A DNA stretch of 45,520 nucleotides, from positions 1-45,520 of the forward strand of contig JBKPAK010000178.1 of assembly GCA_046726415.1 (NCBI GenBank). The letters run 5' to 3'. Position numbers and translations under genes: made by a program. Numbering within the stretch: the stretch's first letter is position 1; each line of letters starts with the position of its first letter. Shown piece after piece: positions 19,942 to 28,672 of this stretch. The notes beneath the pieces are model-generated. The model did no database searches. It worked only from the letters and a program-made list of their open reading frames with translations, and was not told the origin of the DNA. This DNA is from Candidatus Methylomirabilota bacterium. GTDB taxonomy: Bacteria > Methylomirabilota > Methylomirabilia > Rokubacteriales > CSP1-6.

Positions 19942-21354
19942 TCACTCGAGGCCGTACTCGGCCCACTGAGCGTCGACTCGGTCGAGATCCTCCTGGGGAG
20001 GGATGGAGCGGGCCGGGAAGGTGTGCTTCCGGGTTGCGTCGACTCCCACCTTGGAGGATAGAACGGTCTTCCGTTCCAGCTGGTCCACGTCCTCCTCGGC
20101 GATCGACGGGTCCAGCGCCACGCCGGCGGTATCGCGGTTGACGTAGAGGTCGCGCCCGGGCTGGACGTGCCAGGACATCGCCCACAGCACCTGAAAGTAG
20201 TCGCGGATGTCGATGTCCTCGTCGACGACCACCACCCACTTCGAGAACGACGGATCGTAGGCCCAGACGGCCCACATGGCCCGCTGGGGCAGCGCCGGAT
20301 GCTCGCGGCGGAGGGAGATCGCGAGGAAGGCCGCGCCGCCTCCGGCCTCGAGCAGATGCACGTCCCTCACGGGGAGCCGGAGATCCCGGGCGAGATGCTT
20401 GAGGAGCGCGATGTCGCGGCCGGTGCCCCGGATGCAACTGGACTCGCTCGGGGGCATCTGGCTGAAGAAGGCCTGGTAGATGGGATCCGTTCGGTGGGTG
20501 ATGCAGGTGATCTCCATGACGAAGCTCGGGCCAGACGACCCCATGTAGCCGGTGTATTCGCCGAACGGTCCTTCCTGCTCCCGAACACCGGGTGGCACGA
20601 AACCCTCGATGACGATCTCGGCGTGGGCCGGGACCTCGAGATCGCTGGTCTCGCAGCTCACCACCTCCAGCGGGGCGCCGCGGAGCGCGCCGGCCACGCC
20701 CAACTCGTCCCCGCGAATCCGCGCCACCGACGTCAGCGGAACCGGCGGATCGCAGCCGAGCACCACGGCGCACGGCGTGGGCTTCCCCTGCCGCTCGTTC
20801 TTCCGGATATGGGCGTACATGTCGCGCCAGGTCGTGCTCAGGAACAGGCCCAAACGCCGAGGCCCTTTCAGCATGAGGCGGTAGGTGCCCATGTTGCGCT
20901 CACCGGTCTCGGGATCCTTGGAGATCACGCAGGGCCCCGTGACATAGGGTGCGGGATCCTGGTCGCGGGTCCACCGGCAAAGCGGCAGCGCCGTCGCATC
21001 GATCTGATCGCCTCTGAGGATGACCTCCTTGACGGGTCCGCTGTTCACCCGGACCGGCGGGATAGGGTGGCTCTGGGCCTGCGCCCACTTATCGGCGATC
21101 TGGTCCACCGTGGTCTCCAGGGCGAGCGCATAGACTTCCGGCGAGGCCCCGAGAACACCGGCCACCAGCGGCATCCGGTGGCCCTTGATGCGCTCGAACA
21201 TCATCGCCGGCCGGCGGGGAGGCGGGATGCGCTGGAACACGCGGCGCATGACGGCAGCCACCTCCCAATCGGGATCCACTTCTTTCTTCACGCGATGAAG
21301 CTTGCCCCGCATCTCGAGGGCGGCCAGATACTCGCGCAGATCCCTGTACGCCAT
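19942..21354 (-). CDS. UbiD-family prFMN-dependent (de)carboxylase
   Basis: MAYRDLREYL, NMGTYR, EGPFGEYTGY, VVVDEDIDI, KVGVDAT; start at ATG 21354 after GGAGG. Confidence 0.92.
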   Translation of the reverse strand: MAYRDLREYLAALEMRGKLHRVKKEVDPDWEVAAVMRRVFQRIPPPRRPAMMFERIKGHRMPLVAGVLGASPEVYALALETTVDQIADKWAQAQSHPIPPVRVNSGPVKEVILRGDQIDATALPLCRWTRDQDPAPYVTGPCVISKDPETGERNMGTYRLMLKGPRRLGLFLSTTWRDMYAHIRKNERQGKPTPCAVVLGCDPPVPLTSVARIRGDELGVAGALRGAPLEVVSCETSDLEVPAHAEIVIEGFVPPGVREQEGPFGEYTGYMGSSGPSFVMEITCITHRTDPIYQAFFSQMPPSESSCIRGTGRDIALLKHLARDLRLPVRDVHLLEAGGGAAFLAISLRREHPALPQRAMWAVWAYDPSFSKWVVVVDEDIDIRDYFQVLWAMSWHVQPGRDLYVNRDTAGVALDPSIAEEDVDQLERKTVLSSKVGVDATRKHTFPARSIPPQEDLDRVDAQWAEYGLE

Positions 21355-21374
21355 GTCGCCTCCATTGTGTCGGA

Positions 21375-21498
21375 GGGGGCGGGACGCCCCCTGCAAGCCT
21401 CCCCGTTGGCGCGGGGTGCGACGACCGTTACCTGTCTGGAGTCGGGGGCGGGACGCCCCCTGCAAGCCTCCCCGTTGGCGCGGGGTGCGACGACCGTT
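21375..21498. repeat. Tandem duplication of a 55-bp palindromic REP-like element (period 69 bp)
   Basis: GGGGGCGGGACGCCCCCTGCAAGCCTCCCCGTTGGCGCGGGGTGCGACGACCGTT is identical at 21375-21429 and 21444-21498; each copy holds GGGGGCG-GGA-CGCCCCC and CCCCG..CGGGG hairpins. Confidence 0.9.
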
Positions 21499-21680
21499 TA
21501 CCTTGCCAGCGATTAGATACGACCGCGCGACTGTCGGCAATGGGTAAGCAGTCACGTCGAGCGGCCAACCCTCTCCGAAGCTCGCCGACACGGCCATTCG
21601 CACTTGCCCCGGCGCGTGTCGATGGCATTGAAAACCCTTACACCGCCCCTGCATGGTTCGCCGAGCGGAGGAGGTCACGA

Positions 21681-21884
21681 ATGAAGCAGCGCTTCCCCGT
21701 CCGTGGCGCGACCGCAGTAGTTCTCGTCGGGCTCGTCGCGGGCCTCGGTCCCGCGTATGCCTAGGATCCGAGCCAGAAGCCCTCGAGCTACATGCCGGTG
21801 GACATCAAGAACTGGTCGCCTTCCTTCGCGCTCTCTGACACCGGCGGAGCTCGCCGCTCGACCGGGCCGCCCCCTTCGTGGTAA
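21681..21884 (+). pseudogene. 5' stub of an exported protein: signal peptide, premature TAG, short remnant
   Basis: SD GGAGGAGG; MKQRFPVRGATAVVLVGLVAGLGPAYA-[TAG 21762]-DPSQKPSSYMPVDIK.. ending at TAA 21882-21884. Confidence 0.55.
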
Positions 21885-21911
21885 CAAGGGCTCCGGTCGC
21901 CGACGACAGCC

Positions 21912-22840
21912 ATGCGCGAATTCAAGAGCGAGATCCGGGACGGGATGCGCATCGACTGGGACGTCCCCATCACTATGGATGACGGCCTGGTCGTTCGCGC
22001 GGACGTCTATCGGCCGCCCGCAGCTGGACGGTACCCGGTCATCTTGGCATACTTTTCGGCCACTTCTTGAAGGGCGAGGATACCGGATGGAGGGACCAGC
22101 CGAAGGTCGTTCTCCAGGTGCGCCATCCCGGCGAGAGGTTCGCCGAGCGCCACGAGGGTGAGTGGCCGCTGGCCCGCACGCGCTGGACCAAGCTCTACTT
22201 GCACCCGACCGACCTGAGCCTCGTGGCCGAGCCGCCGCCCCGCGACGGCCGCGTGGCGTACCGCGGCTTCAGCGACGGAATCACATTCCTCACGAAGCCG
22301 CTCGACGAAGCGACCGAGATCACCGGTCCTCTCGCGGCCAAGCTCTTCGTCTCGTCCGAAACCGCGGACGCCGACCTCTTCCTCGTGGTCCGGGTGTTTG
22401 CGCCGGACCTGAAAGAAATCACCTTTCAGGGAGCGCTCGACCCGCACACCCCGATCGCGCAGGGGTGGCTTCGCGCGTCACATCGCAAGCTCGACCCCAC
22501 CCTCACACGACCCTATCGCCCGTACCATACCCACGACGAGAAGCAGCCGCTCGCTCCGGGGCAGGTGTACGAGCTGGATGTCGAGATCTGGCCGACGTCC
22601 ATCGCGATACCGGCCGGCTATCGACTCGCGCTGAGCATCCGCGGTCGCGACTACGAGTATCCCGGCGGGGCCGGGGCGGGGCTCGGGACCCTCGGTGCGG
22701 TGTTCACCGGCGTCGGTCCCTTCCAGCACAACGACCCGCGCGACCGGCCGCCGGACGTCTTCGCGCGGAAGGTTACCCTTCATTGCGGTACTGGGCGCCC
22801 ATCGCACCTCTTGGTGCCCATCCTTCCGCCGACTCCGTAG
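21912..22840 (+). pseudogene. CocE/NonD-family hydrolase with a large internal deletion and frameshift
   Basis: N-terminus MREFKSEIRDGMRIDWDVPITMDDG..RADVYRP..YPVILAY (21912-22052) is joined out of frame to the C-terminal domain FGHFLKGEDTGW..EITGP..GWLRASHR; the catalytic core is absent. Confidence 0.8.
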
Positions 22841-22866
22841 AGCGTGACACGACAGGGAGGGAAAGC

Positions 22867-23214
22867 ATGGAAATTCTCGATCTGAAGGGCTCGCTGGAGT
22901 TCTCACCCACCCATCACGTGTACAAGTTCCTGTCGGAGACTCCCCACAGCTCGATCAGCATCGTCGGCTGGGAGCCCGGGCAGATCTCCCCCATCCATTC
23001 CCACCCGGACGCCGATGAGATCTACTACATCCTCGAAGGCGAAGGGCTCTTCAACGACGGCCGGAAGGAACGGCAGCTCGGCCCCGGAGCCACCGTCATC
23101 TTCCCGGCTGGGGAGGTGCACCAGGTCCGCGCGGTCACCCGCATGGTGCTCTACCGCGTCCAGGCCGGCGCCGACCGCCATCCAGAGTCACGCGACGCCT
23201 GGCCGGCGCGTTGA
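22867..23214 (+). CDS. Cupin-2 domain protein
   Basis: PIHSHPDADEIYYILEGEG..FPAGEVH; ATG 22867 after GGGAGG. Confidence 0.88.
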   Translation: MEILDLKGSLEFSPTHHVYKFLSETPHSSISIVGWEPGQISPIHSHPDADEIYYILEGEGLFNDGRKERQLGPGATVIFPAGEVHQVRAVTRMVLYRVQAGADRHPESRDAWPAR

Positions 23215-23281
23215 GGTCCGAGAGAGGATCGGCAACCGTCCAAGCGCCGACACGGCTGCGAATCCCGTTGGCCACGCCGAA

Positions 23282-25096
23282 CTAGGCGCTACTGCGCCAG
23301 TCCCAACCGGCCGCCTCAAGCTCCAGCAGCGCCGCGAAACGGCCCTTGCCGGCGATCAGCGCGGCCGGCGCTCCTTCTTCCACGATCCGTCCCCTGTCGA
23401 GGACGATCACGCGGTCGGCCTCGAGGGCCGTGGTCAGCCGGTGCGCCACCGTCACCACGGCGCAGCCACGCCGTAGCACTCGCTCGCGGAGGGCTGCCCG
23501 GAGCGCCGCGTCGCTCGTGTTGTCGATGGCCGCGGTGGCCTCGTCCAGGAGCAACACCGCGGGGCGATGAACCAGCGCCCGGGCGAGTGCGAGCAGTTGT
23601 TGTTGCCCGGCGGAGAGGTGGGCTCCAGTGCCGCTTCCGGTGCCACTGAGCGGCGTCCGGTAGCCGTGGGGCAAAGCCCGAATGAACGAATCCGCCCCCG
23701 CGACCGCGGCCGCTTCATACACCGCCTCTTCCGCCACCGAGGTGTCGCCCAAGGCGAGGTTGTCGAACACGGTGCCCGAGAAAAGCTGGACCACCTGGGG
23801 TACGACACCCAGCATACGGGGGCGCTCGGATTCGCCGAGCCGGGCGGGGTCGCGCCCGCCCACGGCGACGGTACCGGCCCACGGGCGGTACAGCCCCGCC
23901 AGCAGGTGGAGTGCGCTCGTCTTCCCCGCACCGGTACGACCCACCAGCGCGACGTGTTCGCCAGGGCGCACCTGCAGGGACAGACCTCGCAGAACAGGGT
24001 GCCCCTCCGCGTAGCCGAATTCCACGTTGCTGAGCACGACCGACCACGCCGAGCGATCGGGGGCGGGCGGAGCCTGCGCGGGAACAGGGACCTCGTCCGG
24101 AGGCAGCGCGAGGGTGTCGAGAATTCGCTCCGCCCCCGCCAGCGCTCCCTGAACGGTCTGCCACTCCTCGCCCAAGGCCGTGATGGGCTGGAAGAAGCGC
24201 TGCAGGAGGAGAAGAAACGCGGTGAGCGTCCCCAGGGAGACGCTCGTGGCGCCCAAGGCTGGCTGGGTTCCGGCGGTGAGGAGGGCCGTGACGGCGACCG
24301 CGGAGAGCATCGCAGTCGTGGGCGTGTAGAGCGCCGAGTAGAACATCGACCGGTTCGTGGCGGCCAGAGCCCGGCCGAGCACCTGGCGGAAGCCGGCGAC
24401 GAATTCAGGCTCGCGGCCGAACGCGCGAATCACCTCGATGCTTCTCAAATCCTCCTGCAGGCGCGTGTGGATTGCGCCGACCGCCACGCGGTTCTCGCGT
24501 TCCGCCTGTCGTACTCGCACCTGCAAGCGACGGGTCACCAGCAGCACGGGTGCGGCGATCGCCGCGGCGATGAGGCTGAGCATCGGACTGAGCGCCACCA
24601 TGGCGACCGCGATGGTCACCAGCCGCACCAGATTGGCCATCAGGAGGGCGACGCCCGACGAGAATACGGTGTCGAGCGTGTCGACGTCGGACGTGCAGCG
24701 ACTAATGACATCGCCCAGGGGACGGCGATCGAAATAGCTGGTCGGCAAGCGCTGCAGGTGACCAAACAGTCGGGTTCGCAGGTCGCGGAGGGCGCCTTGA
24801 GCGCCGGTGGCCGCGAGATAGCCGTACAGAAAGGTCACCGCCTGCATGGCGCCGACGGCGAGGAGGTAAAGGAGTGCGAGGGCCGGCACGCCCACGGAGT
24901 CCCTGACGGTGAGGTGGTGATCGACGATCGCGCGAATGATCAGCGGCGGGACGAGCTCGAGGGCCGCGGCCACCAGCACCAGGAGCCCGACCATCACGAC
25001 CTGCCTCCGCTGCGGCGCCAGCAGATTCAGCAGACCCTGGACCACCGACGGGCGGGCGCGCGGGGCCTCCTGGCAATCCGCCGTGAGGCCAGTCAT
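23282..25096 (-). CDS. ABC exporter subunit (fused TMD and NBD)
   Basis: Hydrophobic N-terminal half; GRTGAGKT, LSAGQQQ, LLLDEAT; ATGA overlap with the partner gene. Confidence 0.92.
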   Translation of the reverse strand: MTGLTADCQEAPRARPSVVQGLLNLLAPQRRQVVMVGLLVLVAAALELVPPLIIRAIVDHHLTVRDSVGVPALALLYLLAVGAMQAVTFLYGYLAATGAQGALRDLRTRLFGHLQRLPTSYFDRRPLGDVISRCTSDVDTLDTVFSSGVALLMANLVRLVTIAVAMVALSPMLSLIAAAIAAPVLLVTRRLQVRVRQAERENRVAVGAIHTRLQEDLRSIEVIRAFGREPEFVAGFRQVLGRALAATNRSMFYSALYTPTTAMLSAVAVTALLTAGTQPALGATSVSLGTLTAFLLLLQRFFQPITALGEEWQTVQGALAGAERILDTLALPPDEVPVPAQAPPAPDRSAWSVVLSNVEFGYAEGHPVLRGLSLQVRPGEHVALVGRTGAGKTSALHLLAGLYRPWAGTVAVGGRDPARLGESERPRMLGVVPQVVQLFSGTVFDNLALGDTSVAEEAVYEAAAVAGADSFIRALPHGYRTPLSGTGSGTGAHLSAGQQQLLALARALVHRPAVLLLDEATAAIDNTSDAALRAALRERVLRRGCAVVTVAHRLTTALEADRVIVLDRGRIVEEGAPAALIAGKGRFAALLELEAAGWDWRSSA

Positions 25097-26958
25097 CGGC
25101 CTGCCGGCTCCAGCGGCGACGACTCGGCGATGCACTGCGCCCGGTAGATGCGCGCGTAGAAACCGCCGGCGGCCATGAGACTGGCGTGCGTCCCCGTCTC
25201 CACCACCTCACCCCGGTCGAGCACGAGCACGATGTCGGCGTAGGGGAAGCCCGCCAGGCGGTGTGAGCACAGGACGATGGTGACCCGCCGCTCGGGAGGC
25301 GCCTCAGGACCCAAGGCGTGCCTGAGCGAGGCGACGATGGCCGCTTCGGTCGTGACGTCGACGGCCGAGAACGGATCGTCGAGGACGAGGAGCGCAGGAA
25401 AATGAGGTGCCCCCGCCGCCAGCGCCCGGGCCAACCCGACGCGCTGTCGCTGGCCACCCGAGATGCGGATGCCCGACTCGCCGATCTCGGTGTCGAGGCC
25501 GTGGGGGAATTCGGCGACGTCGTCGGTGAGCGCGGCCAGCCGGACGGCCTGGATGTGAAAGCCGTCTTCTGCTCCAGGGTCAAAAGGGTCGAAGGCGACG
25601 TTCTGCCGCAGCGAGCCCGAAAACAATAGGGTGTTCTGCGGCAGGTACCCGACGAACCCGCGGCGCCCGGTGGCCGGCAAGTCGGCAACCGGCTTGCCGT
25701 CGACGAGGAGCGTTCCCGAGGTCACCGGATACACGCCCAGGATCGCGCGAGCGAGTGCGCTCTTGCCGGACCCCACCGGCCCGGTGACGGCCACCAGCGC
25801 CCCCGCCGGGATATCGAGGTTCACGCCGCGGAGCGCCCATCCGTCGGTCCCTGGATACTGGAACGTCACGTTCTGCAGAGACAGCGCGGCGGGTCCGGAA
25901 GGGCTACCTCTCGCCGCCGTGGTCCTCCGGGCGATGCCCGCCAGGTGGCCAGCGCGGAACGATGCGAAGCGAGGCTCGCCCGTCGCTGGGAGCGGAGTGG
26001 CCAGCAGTGGTCGAAGCCGCGCATAGGCGGCGGCCCCGCTCTGGAGGGAGTTGACCAGCTGGGGAATGCGATGGCCACGGTTGACGAACCTCAGGAAGAG
26101 CTCGAGGTACGCGACGAAGGCTCCCACCGTCATCGCCCCCGCAATGACTCGCTCGCTCCCCTGCCACACGACGAGGGCTACGCCGCTGGTCATGAGGGTC
26201 GCGTACACAGGCTGCAACCCCCCTTTCAGTCGAATGAGCCGAAGACTCCGCTGGGCGAACCGGTCGGAGAGGCTGGCTACCCGCTGAACGGAGGCGCTGG
26301 CCCGCCCGAACAGGCGCAGCACCCGGATGCCAGTCAGGTACTCCTGGAGGGTCGATGTCAGCTCGGCGTTCGCCTCGCGCGCCATGGTGGTGCGGCGCGC
26401 CACCCACCGGCCGGTCGCGTGCGCGAGGAGCATTGCGAACGGCACAGGGACGAGGGACAGCAGGGTCAACCGCGCGTCGATCACGAGCATCGCCACGATG
26501 AAGGAGAGGGAAAACAGAAGAGTGTCCCAGATCTCGATCGTGAACTCGCGCACGCCGACGCCTAGCACTTCGACATCGCCGACGATGCGGGCCATCAGAT
26601 CACCCAGGGACGTCCGCTGCAGTTGGGCCATGGGCCAGGCCAGAACGCCGCGAAAGGCGTCAGCCCGCACGTTGGCCCGGATGCGGGCGTTGGCGGTCAT
26701 GAGCCACCACCGCTTGCTCATGCGCGGCCCTTCGGTGAGGAGGGTCCCTCCCAGGAATGCCAACGCTGCCCAACCAACTTCTGCGCTGCTGGCCTGCCCC
26801 CGCTCGAACGCCAGCGCGCGGTCGATGGCCCACCCCAGCAGAATCGCGGGCAGGACGACCGCCGTGTTCATGGCGATACCGGCGAGCGAGCCAAGCGCGA
26901 GCTGACCCGCCACCTGGCGGAAGTACGGCCGCATCTCCCAGAGGAACCCGAGCATCAT
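25093..26958 (-). CDS. ABC exporter subunit (fused TMD and NBD) with degenerate Walker B; heterodimer partner
   Basis: GPVGSGKS, ISGGQRQR, LVLDDPFSAVD (D in place of the catalytic E). Confidence 0.92.
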   Translation of the reverse strand: MMLGFLWEMRPYFRQVAGQLALGSLAGIAMNTAVVLPAILLGWAIDRALAFERGQASSAEVGWAALAFLGGTLLTEGPRMSKRWWLMTANARIRANVRADAFRGVLAWPMAQLQRTSLGDLMARIVGDVEVLGVGVREFTIEIWDTLLFSLSFIVAMLVIDARLTLLSLVPVPFAMLLAHATGRWVARRTTMAREANAELTSTLQEYLTGIRVLRLFGRASASVQRVASLSDRFAQRSLRLIRLKGGLQPVYATLMTSGVALVVWQGSERVIAGAMTVGAFVAYLELFLRFVNRGHRIPQLVNSLQSGAAAYARLRPLLATPLPATGEPRFASFRAGHLAGIARRTTAARGSPSGPAALSLQNVTFQYPGTDGWALRGVNLDIPAGALVAVTGPVGSGKSALARAILGVYPVTSGTLLVDGKPVADLPATGRRGFVGYLPQNTLLFSGSLRQNVAFDPFDPGAEDGFHIQAVRLAALTDDVAEFPHGLDTEIGESGIRISGGQRQRVGLARALAAGAPHFPALLVLDDPFSAVDVTTEAAIVASLRHALGPEAPPERRVTIVLCSHRLAGFPYADIVLVLDRGEVVETGTHASLMAAGGFYARIYRAQCIAESSPLEPAGR

Positions 26959-27121
26959 CGATGGTGGGCCGGCATGGCGGGCGACTGCAGGCCGCCCGCG
27001 AGCATCCCAGCCAGAACTCCCCCGCCCGCGTCCATGGCTGGCCTCAGGCGGCCCTCATCGGCAGCCTCACGGCGCACGCTGGGCTCGCATGAACGGCGAA
27101 GGCGCGAGTCTGCGGTCCAGG

Positions 27122-28330
27122 CTAGGCTCGGGCGTGTAGCAGGAGTGGCGAGGAGCGCACCGGCCAGTGTCCGGGGACCTCCACATACGAACGATCCAGC
27201 TCCGACACCGACCCGCACCCGAGCAGCTTCAGCGTGCGCACGAGGTCGGTGCGCAGGATGTCGATCGCGCGCATGACGCCCGCCTCGCCGCCCGCGCCAA
27301 GGCCGTAGGCGTACGCGCGCCCGACGAGCACGGCCCGCGCGCCGAGTCCGAGCGCCTTGGCGATGTCGCCGCCGCGGCGGATCCCGCCGTCCAACAGCAC
27401 CTCGATCTGCCCGCCGACCGCGGCGATCACTTCCGGGAGCACGCGGAGTGTCGGCGCGACGCCATCGAGCTGACGCCCGCCGTGGTTCGACACCACGATG
27501 GCGCTTCCGCCCGCCTCGACCGCGCGCCGCGCATCGTCGGCCGTGTGCACGCCCTTGATGACGATGGGCCCCCTCCACGCGTCGCGGATCCAGCGCAGGT
27601 CGTTCCAGCACACCGCGGACGATTCGAGCGCGGCGCCCACGTCCGCGTAGCCCATCGGCCCGTCCGGCAGCACGATGTTCGGGAAGCGCATGAGGCCGCC
27701 GTCGGCCAGGAAATCCTTCACCCAGCGCGGGCGCGCCAGGAACTGCCCCACGAATGGTGCCATCGCCCAGAGGCGTCGGGCGACGATCTCCCTCGTGCCG
27801 TTCCGCAGATCGCGCTCGCGCAGCCCGGCCACCGGCGTGTCGATGGTGACGACCAGGGCGGAGTAACCCGCCGCTTGCGCGCGGGCGATGGCCGCCGTGG
27901 CGACGTCGCGGCCGCCGCACAGATACACTTGATACCAGCACGGGCCGCGCGACGCCGCCTTCACCTCTTCGAGCCGTGTGCCCGACAGGGTCGAGAGGAT
28001 GTACACGGTGCCCGCTACCCCCGCCGCCTTCGAGGCCACGGCTTCGCCGCGTGGCCAGAACATCCGGGAGCTCCCCACTGGCGCCAGCAGGAACGGCAGC
28101 GCGAGGTGTTGGCCCATGACGGTCGTCCCCAGGTCGACCTTGTCGAGGGCCACCGCGGAGCGTGGGCGAAACGCGACATCGTCGAACACGCGGCAATTCT
28201 CGCGCAGGGTCACTTCGCCGTCGGCGCCGCCATCGATGTAGTCGAACACGACTCGCGGCAGCCGTCGGCGCGCGAGCTCGCGGAGATCGGCGATATTGAC
28301 GACGCGCGAGGACGTCACGGCGCCTGCCAT
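27122..28330 (-). CDS. FMN-dependent alpha-hydroxy-acid oxidase/dehydrogenase (LldD/MdlB family)
   Basis: FDYIDGGA, LVVTID, SNHGGRQLD, DGGIRRG, VLVGRAY. Confidence 0.93.
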   Translation of the reverse strand: MAGAVTSSRVVNIADLRELARRRLPRVVFDYIDGGADGEVTLRENCRVFDDVAFRPRSAVALDKVDLGTTVMGQHLALPFLLAPVGSSRMFWPRGEAVASKAAGVAGTVYILSTLSGTRLEEVKAASRGPCWYQVYLCGGRDVATAAIARAQAAGYSALVVTIDTPVAGLRERDLRNGTREIVARRLWAMAPFVGQFLARPRWVKDFLADGGLMRFPNIVLPDGPMGYADVGAALESSAVCWNDLRWIRDAWRGPIVIKGVHTADDARRAVEAGGSAIVVSNHGGRQLDGVAPTLRVLPEVIAAVGGQIEVLLDGGIRRGGDIAKALGLGARAVLVGRAYAYGLGAGGEAGVMRAIDILRTDLVRTLKLLGCGSVSELDRSYVEVPGHWPVRSSPLLLHARA

Positions 28331-28372
28331 GCCGACGAGATTCTATCGCGGTTCCGAGCGCGGCCGGGCTCT

Positions 28373-28651
28373 CGCATCGTGCGCAGCGACGGACGAATCA
28401 ACGACTACATCTTCGGCGGCGAAGCCAAGCGCACGCTGCTGGCCCACGAGGGGGCGAACCCCGCCGATCTCGAGCGCCTAGCCCGCGAAGGCGTGCGCTA
28501 TGTGGGCAGCGACACCACGCACATCTATTGCTTCCCCACCTGCCGAGCCGCCCGGCGGATCACCGAGCGCCACCGCGTGCCCTTTCATTCGGAGCGGCAG
28601 GCGGCCGGGGCCGGCTACCGGCCGTGCCACCTCTGCCGGCCGGCCGCCTGA
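28373..28651 (+). pseudogene. 3' fragment of an O6-alkylguanine methyltransferase fused to an Ada-like Zn-binding domain
   Basis: RIVRSDG..YIFGGEAKRTLLAHEG (Ogt tail lacking PCH) followed by GSDTTHIYCFPTC..GYRPCHLCRP; no start codon and no room for the 5' part. Confidence 0.7.
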
Positions 28652-28672
28652 GCGCCGGCGATGCGCGCGCAG

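Noticed and set aside
21375-21498. Possible CRISPR array
   Set aside because: Only two units, a 55-bp repeat with a 14-bp gap, and no cas genes; geometry does not fit.
21355-21678. Repeat-containing N-terminal extension of UbiD
   Set aside because: It is just the translation of the 69-bp-period DNA duplication; the family start MAYRDLRE has its own SD.
21762-21764. TAG read-through (pyrrolysine)
   Set aside because: The frame closes 40 codons later, there is no methyltransferase context and no pyl genes are visible; a CAG-to-TAG mutation in a relic is simpler.
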